IMG/VR virus record: IMGVR_UViG_3300032797_000730
Length of the DNA: 64,000 nucleotides
Direction: 5' to 3' (one strand)
Origin: an uncultured virus (IMG/VR IMGVR_UViG_3300032797_000730)
Taxonomy: Duplodnaviria; Heunggongvirae; Uroviricota; Caudoviricetes
Positions 25,892 to 36,026 of the stretch are shown piece after piece (position 1 is the first letter of the stretch; the number at the start of each line of letters is the position of its first letter). A program made the position numbers and the translations under genes. Below the pieces are notes generated by a model. The model had not been told where the DNA came from, did no database searches, and saw only the letters and a program-made list of their open reading frames with translations.

Positions 25892-26515
25892 AATGACATG
25901 GACAAGATAGTGGACGAGCTGGACGAGCAGTTCGAGAAGTGGAAAGCTGGCCAGAAAGGGCCTGGCGCCAAGCTGCCCCCGCCAGGCTTTAACACGCCCC
26001 TTCCAAAAGCACTCGAAGGGCCGCTGGTGCCGCCGCCAGGGAGGCCTCACGTTCCACAACTGGGTAGATGGAAGCCCATGTTTTTCGAGGGCACTGCTAA
26101 CATGAATGTGGAGTCGGTCCCGATAGCCGAGGCGAGGGAGAAGTATGGCCTCGACATCAGGGATGATGGCACGTTCAGGGACACCTTGAACAAGCGATGC
26201 AGGCTGTGCGGCGCCAAGATGCACGTCGAATATGAAAGCAAGGACACTATAATGTTCGCGTGCGACACGCTCGGCTGCCGAAACAACCCGGCAACGTGGA
26301 ACCAGCCCGTCCCGGACATGCACTCCATCATGGAGAAGCAGGTAGAGGCAGCGGCGCCCGCCATCAAGGGACGGCCATACCATCCAAAAAAGGCGGTAGA
26401 GAGGCACGGGATAAACATACTAAAGACCATAGCCGTGCTGGCGATGATGCTCACCGCCGTGGGCGCGGCGTCATATGCATTGATCACGTTTTTGATCATA
26501 TTATTTAGCAGGTGA
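25883..26515 (+). CDS. Zn-ribbon protein with C-terminal TM anchor
   Basis: Starts MAN; CRLCG...CDTLGC; hydrophobic C-terminus. Confidence 0.75.
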   Translation: MANNDMDKIVDELDEQFEKWKAGQKGPGAKLPPPGFNTPLPKALEGPLVPPPGRPHVPQLGRWKPMFFEGTANMNVESVPIAEAREKYGLDIRDDGTFRDTLNKRCRLCGAKMHVEYESKDTIMFACDTLGCRNNPATWNQPVPDMHSIMEKQVEAAAPAIKGRPYHPKKAVERHGINILKTIAVLAMMLTAVGAASYALITFLIILFSR

Positions 26516-26520
26516 TTGTG

Positions 26521-26913
26521 ATGACGTATCACGTGATGATAAACACGAGAGAAGACGCGGACAAGCTCGTCGCCGACATCATGGCGCAGGAGTCGGACTG
26601 GAAGGATAACCCGACGATGCACATCGCAACATGGACTGATTGGGCGTATCCCAACCACCCGTACTTCTTTTTGTTCATGTACAAGGTGTGCCAGTACGGG
26701 TATCACGACAGCGTGTATGGCCCGTTCACGAGGGAGCCCAGGCTGCCAAGGAACATCGAACTCGGCCTCCTGCAGAAGGTGAACACGTCCCACTATCACA
26801 AGTGGCTCCTGGACGGGAAGGAGATACTCGTGCACCTGGCAGCGGCCCAGTTCGTGGCCGATTTCAAGGACGAGAAATTATTCAAGGAAGTGATTGAAAA
26901 ATGGAAAAAATAG
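26521..26913 (+). CDS. hypothetical protein
   Basis: GGTGA SD; 130 aa. Confidence 0.75.
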   Translation: MTYHVMINTREDADKLVADIMAQESDWKDNPTMHIATWTDWAYPNHPYFFLFMYKVCQYGYHDSVYGPFTREPRLPRNIELGLLQKVNTSHYHKWLLDGKEILVHLAAAQFVADFKDEKLFKEVIEKWKK

Positions 26914-27971
26914 ACCTTACAGCATATCTCAAGGAAACGGTGGTCGTGGACCACCACAAGTTCCGCGACATGCCATATATAGACAAGAGCAGGTGGCGGG
27001 CACACAAGAAGTGCGGGTTCATGTTCCAGCTGCGGGTGACCGAGCAGATGCAGGGGAAGTCCGTGACGGACGAGCTCACCCTCGATCACTCGGCCCGTGA
27101 CACTGGAACCAACTCGCACCTCGTGATTGCCTACTTCTTCAAGGCGATCATCGATAACGATCTCTTGGAGCGTTTCATGAAACTGCCAATCGACGACACG
27201 TTCAAGGGCAGCCTTTTATACTACACGTTCTTTGATATCTGTAACCAGATACTCCCGGAGAAGCTGCGCTCTGACCAGTTCCAGCAACGCATCATCTCCA
27301 ACTTTTGCGAGTACCAGAAGGATTACTGGAACTACCTTTCGAGGGAGCTTGGTCACACGAAGGCGATGTTCAAGAAGTTCTTTATCCCGATATACATCGA
27401 GCTCTACATCGAGAACTTCGACATGATGCTCTTCGGGACCATGGACGCCATGTACAACAATCCCCTCCACGGGACCGACACGAAATGGGGCAAAAAGAAA
27501 TACACGATCATCGACTACAAGACAGGGTACGTGTCCACGATGGTCACCCGCGGCAGGAAAATGCCCGACGGCTCGTACAAGCCCGACTTCACGTCCGAGG
27601 ATCGCCAGGAGCTGCACTTCTACGCGTGGCTCGTGACGCACGCCCAGGTCAAGCGGGAGATAGTCAACGCCACGACCATGGAGAAGGAGATCGTGAACGT
27701 TCCCCTGTTCCCGGACCTCAAGGAGTACACCGATGTCATTGCCAACATGATTTTCCTCGGCGAGGACCGCCCCATTTACTTACCGCCCATGACCATGAAC
27801 GAAAAGAGCATGAACACCGTGTTCAAAGACATCACCATCATGCGAGAAACGTGGGTCAATGGTGGGAACTATCCACGAGTGGACGATTCCCAGATAGACT
27901 ACGTGTGCAAGTCGTGCGACTACGTTGAATATTGTAACGGGTTGAGGCTAAAGGAGGCGATGGGTCAATGA
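26901..27971 (+). CDS. Cas4/RecB-like PD-(D/E)XK exonuclease with Fe-S ligands
   Basis: KKCG, GTNSH, E...GTMD, IIDYKTG, QELHFYA, CKSCDYVEYC. Confidence 0.85.
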   Translation: MEKIDLTAYLKETVVVDHHKFRDMPYIDKSRWRAHKKCGFMFQLRVTEQMQGKSVTDELTLDHSARDTGTNSHLVIAYFFKAIIDNDLLERFMKLPIDDTFKGSLLYYTFFDICNQILPEKLRSDQFQQRIISNFCEYQKDYWNYLSRELGHTKAMFKKFFIPIYIELYIENFDMMLFGTMDAMYNNPLHGTDTKWGKKKYTIIDYKTGYVSTMVTRGRKMPDGSYKPDFTSEDRQELHFYAWLVTHAQVKREIVNATTMEKEIVNVPLFPDLKEYTDVIANMIFLGEDRPIYLPPMTMNEKSMNTVFKDITIMRETWVNGGNYPRVDDSQIDYVCKSCDYVEYCNGLRLKEAMGQ

Positions 27972-28240
27972 GACACTACGTTATATCCCTCGCGATCCCA
28001 GGCGTCGAGAAGGACCGCAAGATCCACCTGGAACGCCTGGAGCTTGATTACCTCCAGAAGGGTAACGGTGACTGGGCCAACATCCAGTTCCATCTCTACG
28101 CCACCGAGGGCTCCGAGATAAAAGAAATCATCCAGTATGACAAGGACGGGAAGTTCGTTGGCGTGTACAAACTCGTGAAAGAAGAGTCCCCTGCAGAGAA
28201 GGACGACAGCGAGTTTTATGGTGACGACGATGCAGAGTGA
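27968..28240 (+). CDS. hypothetical protein
   Basis: 90 aa, ATGA overlap. Confidence 0.7.
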   Translation: MRHYVISLAIPGVEKDRKIHLERLELDYLQKGNGDWANIQFHLYATEGSEIKEIIQYDKDGKFVGVYKLVKEESPAEKDDSEFYGDDDAE

Positions 28241-28385
28241 ACGGACGTTCGTGTGCAGCCGTGAATGTCACGTGTGCCACAAGTGGTACAACACCAAGAA
28301 CGCTCGCGACCGGCACGAGCAGGCAGTAGAGGGAATAGATCATGGCTTTGATATCCAACGGGGCGCGGTGAAGCGGAAGCGGTGA
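28230..28385 (+). CDS. small C2H2-like Zn-finger protein (not in ORF track)
   Basis: MQSERTFVCSRECHVCHKWYNTKNARDRHE, GGTGA SD. Confidence 0.65.
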   Translation: MQSERTFVCSRECHVCHKWYNTKNARDRHEQAVEGIDHGFDIQRGAVKRKR

Positions 28386-28389
28386 GTGG

Positions 28390-29460
28390 ATGGATGTTGA
28401 AAGCCTTTATTGGGAGACCACGGTGCCGCAGCGGCCCGTCCAGCGAAAGTGCCTTTTCGGCTGGACCAGGGCGCTCGCCGATGCCCGCTGGTGGATGGCG
28501 CAGGGCGCCGAAGCCTACATCACCAATTATGGCTTCAAGAACCTCGTCACCAATCCAGGCGAGTTCGGGTTTGATAGGCAGGTGGTCCCCGATTATAACA
28601 CGGCTGTCATCACTCACATATTCATTGACATCGATTACTTTATCTGGGAGGATGGTGAGATAGTGGAATCAAGGCCTGATATCTACAAGGACGTGGCCCG
28701 CATCGATGAGTGGTGCGGGCAGGGCGGCTACAAGCGCCGCTGGAACTTCACGGGCGGCGGCTTCCACGGCTTCATCAAGGCCGACGGGCCCGCCTCCAAG
28801 CTCGACGACGCCGTGCGATTCATCGCCGCCGAGACAGGCGCCCGCATCGACGAGGGCTGCGGCAACCCTGCCATGAGCAAGCGGGTCATCGGTTCCATCA
28901 ACAAGAAGTATGGAAACCACGTCATCCCCGTCACCACCGAAGAGATAAGCACGCGTGCCCGAGAGGATTTGTTGTTGATGGCTCGTGAACCCCGGAATGA
29001 AATCCTTTCTCTCGGGCATGACACGTGGTACTTCGCGACGGTGAAGGCGAGCCCGAAGAAGCAGCAGGAGACGCTGGGGAAGTATAGCAGGCGGGTGATA
29101 GCGGACGTGAAGGATGCGGTCCTGGAGAAGTACGGGCTCGATTGGAACCTGGACTTCTGCCCTGCCATGCAATACTTGATAATGAAGGAGCGGCCGGGCA
29201 ACGAGGATCGCAGGTTCGTGATAAAGTATCTTTACGACGTGCTCAAGGTCCCGTTCGTGGATATCCTGGACCCGACCAAGACCGTCGCCAACTTGTTTTA
29301 CAACATCATGGAAAACAAGGTGAAAGCGATGCACGCCATCAAGGAGAGACAATGCGAGATGATCTACAAGCGGCGACGGCGGTTTCACCCGCACGATTTA
29401 CGGCTCGAGGGCTTGTGCCCGGAGGAGTGTGCTGAATGCCTGGAGAGACGGAATCTTTGA
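28390..29460 (+). CDS. archaeo-eukaryotic primase (PriS catalytic domain fused to PriL-CTD-like domain)
   Basis: IFIDID, FTGGGFH, RVIGSIN; C-term FCPAM...NEDR...GLCPEECAEC. Confidence 0.85.
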   Translation: MDVESLYWETTVPQRPVQRKCLFGWTRALADARWWMAQGAEAYITNYGFKNLVTNPGEFGFDRQVVPDYNTAVITHIFIDIDYFIWEDGEIVESRPDIYKDVARIDEWCGQGGYKRRWNFTGGGFHGFIKADGPASKLDDAVRFIAAETGARIDEGCGNPAMSKRVIGSINKKYGNHVIPVTTEEISTRAREDLLLMAREPRNEILSLGHDTWYFATVKASPKKQQETLGKYSRRVIADVKDAVLEKYGLDWNLDFCPAMQYLIMKERPGNEDRRFVIKYLYDVLKVPFVDILDPTKTVANLFYNIMENKVKAMHAIKERQCEMIYKRRRRFHPHDLRLEGLCPEECAECLERRNL

Positions 29461-29609
29461 GCGAGCTGCTGGCGGACGTGAAGGACCGGTTCGCCAGGCA
29501 GGGGTTCCGCAGCAAGATAACGGTAGACGACACTGGCATCGCGGAGACGATAACCATCGTGCTTTTCAGGGACAACACGTTTGGCATGGGGGAGATGATG
29601 ATAACGTGA
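29457..29609 (+). CDS. small hypothetical protein (not in ORF track)
   Basis: TTG start, LSELLADVKDRF..., coupled at both ends. Confidence 0.6.
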   Translation: MSELLADVKDRFARQGFRSKITVDDTGIAETITIVLFRDNTFGMGEMMIT

Positions 29610-29923
29610 GCGACTTCAAGATCATAACACCAAAGGAATGGGATAGCGTCATTTCAAGGATGGAATGCCCCACGTGCGGGGAGCCGATGATATTGCTGGC
29701 GGTGAATCTCGGCGTGATGAACGTTATGAAGGTGACCATGAACCCGTTCGAGAAGGTGAATTACGGCATGGAGACGGAGCTGCAACACATGGGATTTGAC
29801 CTCACGGTGAAGGCAACCGACCGGTGCCCGGCGTGCATGGGCGAGTTCACCAGGGTGTATCACATCGAGGAGAAAGAGCGGGTGCAGTTCATGAACATGC
29901 TGGCGAGCGTGATAACCAGGTGA
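29606..29923 (+). CDS. zinc-ribbon protein
   Basis: CPTCG...CPACMG; GTG start at overlap. Confidence 0.75.
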   Translation: MSDFKIITPKEWDSVISRMECPTCGEPMILLAVNLGVMNVMKVTMNPFEKVNYGMETELQHMGFDLTVKATDRCPACMGEFTRVYHIEEKERVQFMNMLASVITR

Positions 29924-30120
29924 AAGAATCGATATGCAAGGAATGCGGCCGTTCTTTTCACAGGAAATGCCACGAGGCCTATTGCTCCCCCAAATGCAGG
30001 GCTGTTAACAAAAAGCGCAAGCAGCGGCAGTACGAAAAGGATTGGCACTCGAGACATAAAGACTATTACAGGGAGTATTATAAAAAACGCAAGGCGCGAG
30101 AGAAAGATGAGCAAGCATAG
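29920..30120 (+). CDS. TRASH/MYM-like Zn-finger protein with basic helix
   Basis: CKECGRSF...YCSPKCR followed by basic tail. Confidence 0.75.
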   Translation: MKESICKECGRSFHRKCHEAYCSPKCRAVNKKRKQRQYEKDWHSRHKDYYREYYKKRKAREKDEQA

Positions 30121-32308
30121 CGTGCACGAGACCCGCGAGCGCATAAAGGAAAGGGTCCGCGATTACTTGATAAACGGGGACCCCGCGTTTCCCCTCGTGA
30201 TATCGATATATCCTGGAGGGGGGAAAACGACCAACGTGCTCTCGGTCCTGTTCGGCCAGCACGAGGAGATAGACGAGAAAGGGGACCGGGTACTCAGGGA
30301 AGATGGACCTCCATACGTGTTCGCTTATCTCGCCCCTCGCCACGAGGTGATCGACGAGAGCGTTGGCAGGGTGTACCACGGGCAGTTCGTGCATTTCAAG
30401 AGCCGCATCAAGGAATGTAACAACCCTCTCGTGCGCCAGATCCTCCTGGACCCTGAAACGAAGGACACGGGGTATTTCCCGGTCGAGTACTTTTGCCATG
30501 GTTGCCAGTACAGGTACGTGCCCAAGAAGGATGTTGTTGTTGATGGGGGAGAGCACCCAGAACGTGGGATCGCGTCCACGTGCCCGTATGAGATAAACAA
30601 GCACGCTATAGAGAGCTGGGAAATGCCACCGTGGGCGGGCGTGCACCATCACATCCTTACATATCTCCCCGATTACATGGCGGGTGAGATAGAGGACCCT
30701 GGAAGGGGGAAGGCGAGGAGGGAAACAAAACTCGACGTGATCATCATCGAAGAGAATCCCATGGGGACGATGCTCGAGACCATGAAAGTGGATGCCGACT
30801 TGCTCTCTATTTTGGAAAGGGAAGTGAACTGGTTCGGGGCACGCGCCCTTGCACATGCTGACTGGGTAGGGGACACCGACTTCTCTGGGCACGTTGGCGT
30901 GTATCGGGACGTGATAGAATTTCTCCTGGGCGAGCTCAATGCCATGGAGAAGGCCCCATCTAAGAGGAGCGCGTCCAGGAAGGGAGCGGCCGCGGCGCCG
31001 GACGAGACGCACCTCGGGATGTTCCCGGCCATGCGGGCCACGAGATGGGAGAAGCTGCAGGAGGCCATCGATGAGTGGCGCCCCCTGGATTGGGAGGCGT
31101 TCGATCACCAGTGGGCGAGATACCTGGGCAAGCGGATGTTCGAGGACATCGAAAAGGAGGGCCTGGACGAGCGAGCGGCGATGGCGATCAGGCCTACGAT
31201 AGAACGGCTCAGGTTTGTTGGTTCTGTACTCGGGGGCTTTCACAGGATACTCTCGTCCATTTTCCGGGTGAGCACGTTGGAGAATCTCAAGTACCACTTC
31301 GCCCTGGTTGACCAGAACTGGACCAGCCCTCGGGATGTGTACATCAACGTCAACATGTTTCATGCCGACATCATCCCCCGTCTCGGGTGCAAGGTAATAG
31401 CTTTGGATGGTACCGGGGACCAGGAGACGTGGGGGCGGATATTCGGGAAGCCCATACCGGATGCAAACTTCATTCCAGAGCCGGGTTATTACCCGAACGT
31501 GACGCGCGTGTCGTGGAACACGGAGGAGCGCAGGGCCATGTATTTCCAGGCCTCGTACATAAAGAGAGACGGGACGCTCCAGGACACGGGGAGGACCATG
31601 CTCGAGCTCGCGGCGCTCATCATCAAGACGCACGCGACCAAGGGATCCCCGGTGGCCGTGATAGGGTCGGAGAAGATGGGGAAGTTCCTGCAGGAGGTAT
31701 GCGATGCCGATAACATCCCCAGGGCGTCCTACATGTACGATCATTACTACAACATCACGAGCAAGAACGCCATGCAGCGGTGCGATACCATCATCACCCT
31801 TTCCACCCCGCAGCCACCTGCCATACAACTGGAGGCATCGGTGAAGCTGAGCGGCTGGCCACGAGAGGCGTGGGAGCGGCACTACGTGGACAACGAGATG
31901 ATCCAGGCCATCGCCCGCGCCAGGCCGTCGCTGGAGACGAGGCCATCGGAATGGGGGATGACGAGCGTGCCCCGCAGCCCCGTGCACATCTACATCTTCG
32001 GCTCCCGCGGCATCTTCACCGGTGGCAGGGAGAAGGAGCTCGTGAAGGAGCAGTACCAGGAGATGACCCCCGCGCAGCTCGAAGGAAAACTTAAATACGG
32101 CGGGGATGGTAGTATTCCATGGACAAGGTCACAGCTACGGTCAGTATCATCAATTTTGTCCTGTTTTGGAAACGCGCCCCTCACCCAGAAAGAAATCCAA
32201 GCGATGACAAAACTCGCATGGTCTCCGGTGAAAAATGTGACAAACCACCTTCTAAAACTAGGTATCCTGTCAAGAGAAAAAAACAAATTAATTAAAGTGA
32301 AAAAATGA
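30107..32308 (+). CDS. SF2-like helicase / origin-binding protein with Cys cluster and C-terminal wHTH
   Basis: PGGGKTT, YLAPRH, C..CHGC..CPY, VIIIEENP, ALDGT, IQAIARARP; C-term LTQKEI...HLLKLGIL. Confidence 0.7.
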   Translation: MSKHSVHETRERIKERVRDYLINGDPAFPLVISIYPGGGKTTNVLSVLFGQHEEIDEKGDRVLREDGPPYVFAYLAPRHEVIDESVGRVYHGQFVHFKSRIKECNNPLVRQILLDPETKDTGYFPVEYFCHGCQYRYVPKKDVVVDGGEHPERGIASTCPYEINKHAIESWEMPPWAGVHHHILTYLPDYMAGEIEDPGRGKARRETKLDVIIIEENPMGTMLETMKVDADLLSILEREVNWFGARALAHADWVGDTDFSGHVGVYRDVIEFLLGELNAMEKAPSKRSASRKGAAAAPDETHLGMFPAMRATRWEKLQEAIDEWRPLDWEAFDHQWARYLGKRMFEDIEKEGLDERAAMAIRPTIERLRFVGSVLGGFHRILSSIFRVSTLENLKYHFALVDQNWTSPRDVYINVNMFHADIIPRLGCKVIALDGTGDQETWGRIFGKPIPDANFIPEPGYYPNVTRVSWNTEERRAMYFQASYIKRDGTLQDTGRTMLELAALIIKTHATKGSPVAVIGSEKMGKFLQEVCDADNIPRASYMYDHYYNITSKNAMQRCDTIITLSTPQPPAIQLEASVKLSGWPREAWERHYVDNEMIQAIARARPSLETRPSEWGMTSVPRSPVHIYIFGSRGIFTGGREKELVKEQYQEMTPAQLEGKLKYGGDGSIPWTRSQLRSVSSILSCFGNAPLTQKEIQAMTKLAWSPVKNVTNHLLKLGILSREKNKLIKVKK

Positions 32309-32637
32309 TGGGTGATAAGGAATATTGCACCGAGCGCAGGGCCGCCGCGAGGGATTGGATAAACGAGTATAAACATACTCATCCCTGCGAGATTTGTGGC
32401 GAGGCTGACATCCGCTGCCTTCAATTCCATCACAAGGACCCGTCCGAGAAAAGGTTTCTTCTCAGCGGGAACCAGAGCCTGGACTTGACGAAAATAAAGG
32501 AGGAAATATCAAAATGTAGGATTATGTGTGCCAACTGCCACGCGAAAGAAACATTTGACAGGGGCCAGAATAGCGGGAAGCATAAAAACGAGCACAAGAA
32601 TAAATACAATGGCGCCGATGTATTTGGAGAATTTTAG
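32305..32637 (+). CDS. HNH endonuclease
   Basis: CEICG...LQFHHKDP...KCRIMCANCH; ends ADVFGEF. Confidence 0.88.
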   Translation: MMGDKEYCTERRAAARDWINEYKHTHPCEICGEADIRCLQFHHKDPSEKRFLLSGNQSLDLTKIKEEISKCRIMCANCHAKETFDRGQNSGKHKNEHKNKYNGADVFGEF

Positions 32638-32656
32638 AAACAGTGAAGGTGAAAAA

Positions 32657-33022
32657 ATGAAGCCGGACCCGGAGAACGCGTTGAGGAAGCGCATAGAAGA
32701 CGTGGTGAAGAAGCGCAAGACCAAGGAGGAGGACGTGCCCACCTTCCGAGGCGGGCGCAGCTGGAACCAGATAGCGGATGATTTTTGCACCAAGATACTG
32801 CGGAAGCTGGAAGCCGACAATGTTTCGAGCGTTACCCTCACGGGGAACGTTGCGAGGGAAATGGCTGGAGACCCGGACAACCAGGCTTTTAGAAGCAGGT
32901 GCCTGGTGCACGGGATAAAGATAATAAAGGATAACTACACGAATGCTTACAAGATAGAAAAATTTAGCGTCGTAGAAAGGGAGTTGAAAAAACGTGACAA
33001 AAAGAAAGGTACTGGGATGTAG
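32657..33022 (+). CDS. hypothetical basic protein
   Basis: GGTGA SD before ATG 32657. Confidence 0.7.
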   Translation: MKPDPENALRKRIEDVVKKRKTKEEDVPTFRGGRSWNQIADDFCTKILRKLEADNVSSVTLTGNVAREMAGDPDNQAFRSRCLVHGIKIIKDNYTNAYKIEKFSVVERELKKRDKKKGTGM

Positions 33023-34184
33023 CGACCATTTCCGCGGGCTCGGGACGAGCTTCGCCAGGCAGGCACGGCTCGTGATGTCCATGCTGCCTGGGTTCGAGTG
33101 GTGCTACCTCGGGCTGTGCTACAAGGGCGACCCTGGCATGAGGCCAGCCGAGGACGGCGTGCCGCCCTACATGCTCTACCCGACATTCAACGAGGATATT
33201 CATGTCGCTGATAACTTGCCGGAGGTCGCGGCCAATTGCGATCCAGATGCCATCTGGATATACGAGGATGCCCAGAACGTGGCCATGTATAGAGACCTCA
33301 AGGGGAGGGCCCCTGTTATAGGGTACTTCGCCTGGGACGTGGACTATTGGGGGAGTTCCATGGACGAGGTGATAGAGAACGTGGACGTGCCGGTGTGCAT
33401 GAGCGACTTTGCCGAGGCCATGATCCACGAGCGCGGGTACGACGTTGACAAGGCGTACAACTGCGTGGACGAGCGCGTGTTCAAGCCAGCCACCGACGAG
33501 GGCATGGCCGAGATGCGGCGCATGCTCGGCGTGCCCGATGGCAAGAAGATCGTCCTCTACGTGGGGATGCTTCATGGCCGCAAGAACCCCGAGTCTCTAT
33601 TCGCCATGGCCCAGGAGCTCAAGCGGATACGAGGGGATGACTTCGTGCTCGTCGTGCACGGCGACCCGAAGTTCCGATATAACTCGTGCGACGTGTTCGT
33701 CGAGGCCATGACCAGGGGAATCGAGAAGAACGTCATCTTCACCCCAGTCCCTCAGGGCGCCTGGATACAGGGCATACACCCGGGGAGGCTCAACTCCATG
33801 TACAACCTGGCGGACGTGTACGTGTCCGCCCATGGTGGCGAGGGCTTCGGGCTGCCCGCCGCGGAGGCGGGGCTGTGCGGGAAGCCGTTCGTGATGACGG
33901 ATTGCACCACGACCAGGGAATTCTCTGACGGGGGCCGCAACGGCGTGGCCGTGCCAGTCCTCGTGCACCGGAAGGTTGAGGGCGTCACGAGGCCCATGCC
34001 CGACCACGTGAAGATGGCCGAGGAGGTTTCAGCGCTGCTGGACGACGAGAAGCGCCGCAAGGCGATGGGTTCCAGGTGGCGGGACCAGGTGCTCTCCAAG
34101 TACACGATGAAAGCGCTCAAGCCAAGATGGGAAGCCATCTTCGAGAAGTGCTTCGTGAACGGCGTGAGGGTGAAGGAGATATGA
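32994..34184 (+). CDS. glycosyltransferase family 4 (GT-B)
   Basis: VLYVG...RKN, YNLADVYV...GEGFGLPAAEAGLCGKP. Confidence 0.92.
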   Translation: MTKRKVLGCSDHFRGLGTSFARQARLVMSMLPGFEWCYLGLCYKGDPGMRPAEDGVPPYMLYPTFNEDIHVADNLPEVAANCDPDAIWIYEDAQNVAMYRDLKGRAPVIGYFAWDVDYWGSSMDEVIENVDVPVCMSDFAEAMIHERGYDVDKAYNCVDERVFKPATDEGMAEMRRMLGVPDGKKIVLYVGMLHGRKNPESLFAMAQELKRIRGDDFVLVVHGDPKFRYNSCDVFVEAMTRGIEKNVIFTPVPQGAWIQGIHPGRLNSMYNLADVYVSAHGGEGFGLPAAEAGLCGKPFVMTDCTTTREFSDGGRNGVAVPVLVHRKVEGVTRPMPDHVKMAEEVSALLDDEKRRKAMGSRWRDQVLSKYTMKALKPRWEAIFEKCFVNGVRVKEI

Positions 34185-34606
34185 GTGGCACATACAATTT
34201 GCGAATCTACGTGGATGGGGGCGTGCACAAGGCCAGCCAGGCCCACTCTCGTGGCGCGGGCGCCTACAGGTTCGTCGTGTTTGGCATGCTGGGCGGCACC
34301 CTCCATGACGAGACGTTCACCGAGAAGGACCAGACCGTGCCAGAGACCGAGATGAAGGCGCTGATAAAGGCATTGGAATGGGCCAACTCCCGCCCCTATA
34401 ACAAGGATCATTATTCCCTGAACGTTTTCTGTGACAGCGAGCTGGTCGTGAAGTGGATGAGCGGCGAGTACAAGATGCGCGCCGACAACATCCGGCCCCT
34501 CTACATCAAGGCCAAGGAGATCGTGGCCAAGCTGGAAATGGAGGGGGCCACGATAAAGATCACCAAGATAAAGGGCAAGGAAAACATGGCCCACGTGGAG
34601 GCGTAG
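34181..34606 (+). CDS. rnhA: ribonuclease HI
   Basis: IYVDGG, ETEMKALIKALE, CDSELVVKW..GEYK, EN..AH. Confidence 0.85.
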   Translation: MSGTYNLRIYVDGGVHKASQAHSRGAGAYRFVVFGMLGGTLHDETFTEKDQTVPETEMKALIKALEWANSRPYNKDHYSLNVFCDSELVVKWMSGEYKMRADNIRPLYIKAKEIVAKLEMEGATIKITKIKGKENMAHVEA

Positions 34607-34610
34607 GATC

Positions 34611-34781
34611 ATGGAGGAGATGATAAAATCGTTAAGGAAGGAGCTGCTCGATGCCATAAACTACATCAGGGCCCTGGAGGAATATCACGACGTTATATCC
34701 GAGATGGGAACGCTGCAAGAGAAGATGGGCAGGTATCTCTTCGACTTGAAGAAGCTGCGGGAAAAGGTGAACATCGAATGA
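34611..34781 (+). CDS. small coiled-coil protein (not in ORF track)
   Basis: MEEMIKSLRKELL..., 56 aa, GGAGG SD, ATGA overlap. Confidence 0.65.
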   Translation: MEEMIKSLRKELLDAINYIRALEEYHDVISEMGTLQEKMGRYLFDLKKLREKVNIE

Positions 34782-34999
34782 GCCAGAAGATGTGCGAGAC
34801 CTGCATATTCGGCAGGAACGCGACCATCTACATCCTGTGCACCAACACTCTCAATTACCTCGACGAGATGACCGCTGGCAAGAACCACGTCACCAGGGGC
34901 GGCATCCCGCACTCGTCCTCGTACACGTGTTCCCGCTGGTCGCAGGACAAGATAGAGCTCATAGCATTCATACCAGGAGGAGACAAAAACAATGGTTAA
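34778..34999 (+). CDS. small Cys-rich protein
   Basis: CETCIF...C...CSRW. Confidence 0.7.
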   Translation: MSQKMCETCIFGRNATIYILCTNTLNYLDEMTAGKNHVTRGGIPHSSSYTCSRWSQDKIELIAFIPGGDKNNG

Positions 35000-36026
35000 A
35001 ATAGAATGGAAGGCGTACTTCGCCGGGATGAGCGGGTACGCGGAAGCAGCAAGGCAATACTGCCTGGCCTTGAAACGGCTGGGCGTTGACCTGATAACAA
35101 CGTCATTGGACAACAGGTTTTTCGCCAGCTTTGGCTGGATGGCCGAGGCGTGCAAGCAAAAGAAGGATGGCCATTTCACGGTGATGCACGACATCCCCGC
35201 CCTTCCCCAGCCAGGCTACTACACCACGTTCGAGTATAACAGGGCCCCCGATCAATGGGCACTCCCTCTCAGGCACGCACAAGTGGTGATGACCCCGAGC
35301 GAGTTCTCCAAGAACTCGCTCGCCGCGATATGTGACAAGGAGAAGATACACGTCGTGCACCATGGCGTGAGCGAGCGGTTCACTCCATTTGGTCCCAGTG
35401 CCGAGCTAGAGAGCGACGTGGAACTGCCGACGTTCAAGTTTCTCAGCGTGTTTGAATGGGTGGAGCGGAAGTGCGGCGACCGCCTGGTGAAGGCGTTCCA
35501 ACAAGCGTTCGGCCCGGATGATGACGTTGGCCTTTTCATCAAGACGGCTGGCAGCCGCAAGGTGCCGCTCGTGATCAACAAGGTGCCTGGCTGCAAGATA
35601 TTCATGGTCGATGGGTTCGTGAACGACATGGCCCAGTTATACAGGGCCTTTGATGCCTACATCTCCTGCAGCTCTGGTGAAGGATGGGGAGAGACACTCA
35701 GCGAGGCGATGGCCTGCGGCCTGCCAGTTATAGGATCGAGGCATGGTGGCAACCTGGAGTTCATGAACGACGACAACTCGTTCCTGGTTGACGTGGAGCC
35801 GTGGCAGGCCATCGGTTACAACATGCTCGAGCCCCTCGTGGCCCCGTGGATGTTGCATCGCCCGCCGGTCGTGGAGTCCATGAAGATAGCCATGCGGGCA
35901 GTGATGAATGACACGTGCGGCGCGGCGAAAAGGAACGCGATGAACGCCCGCAAGGTGACCAAGGACTTCACGTGGGAGAAAGCAGCGAAGAGGATAATCG
36001 AGATAGTCGAGGCGATACAAAAATGA
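34992..36026 (+). CDS. glycosyltransferase family 4 (GT-B)
   Basis: SGYAEAAR, FLSVFEWVERK, GEGWGETLSEAMACGLPVI. Confidence 0.92.
   Translation: MVKIEWKAYFAGMSGYAEAARQYCLALKRLGVDLITTSLDNRFFASFGWMAEACKQKKDGHFTVMHDIPALPQPGYYTTFEYNRAPDQWALPLRHAQVVMTPSEFSKNSLAAICDKEKIHVVHHGVSERFTPFGPSAELESDVELPTFKFLSVFEWVERKCGDRLVKAFQQAFGPDDDVGLFIKTAGSRKVPLVINKVPGCKIFMVDGFVNDMAQLYRAFDAYISCSSGEGWGETLSEAMACGLPVIGSRHGGNLEFMNDDNSFLVDVEPWQAIGYNMLEPLVAPWMLHRPPVVESMKIAMRAVMNDTCGAAKRNAMNARKVTKDFTWEKAAKRIIEIVEAIQK

Noticed and set aside
26901..27971. Cas4-like gene as part of a CRISPR system
   Set aside because: No repeat-spacer array or other cas genes seen; solo Cas4-like nucleases are common in archaeal viruses
30005..31987. 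660-aa antisense ORF opposite the helicase-like gene
   Set aside because: Same shadow effect; the + strand carries clear motifs
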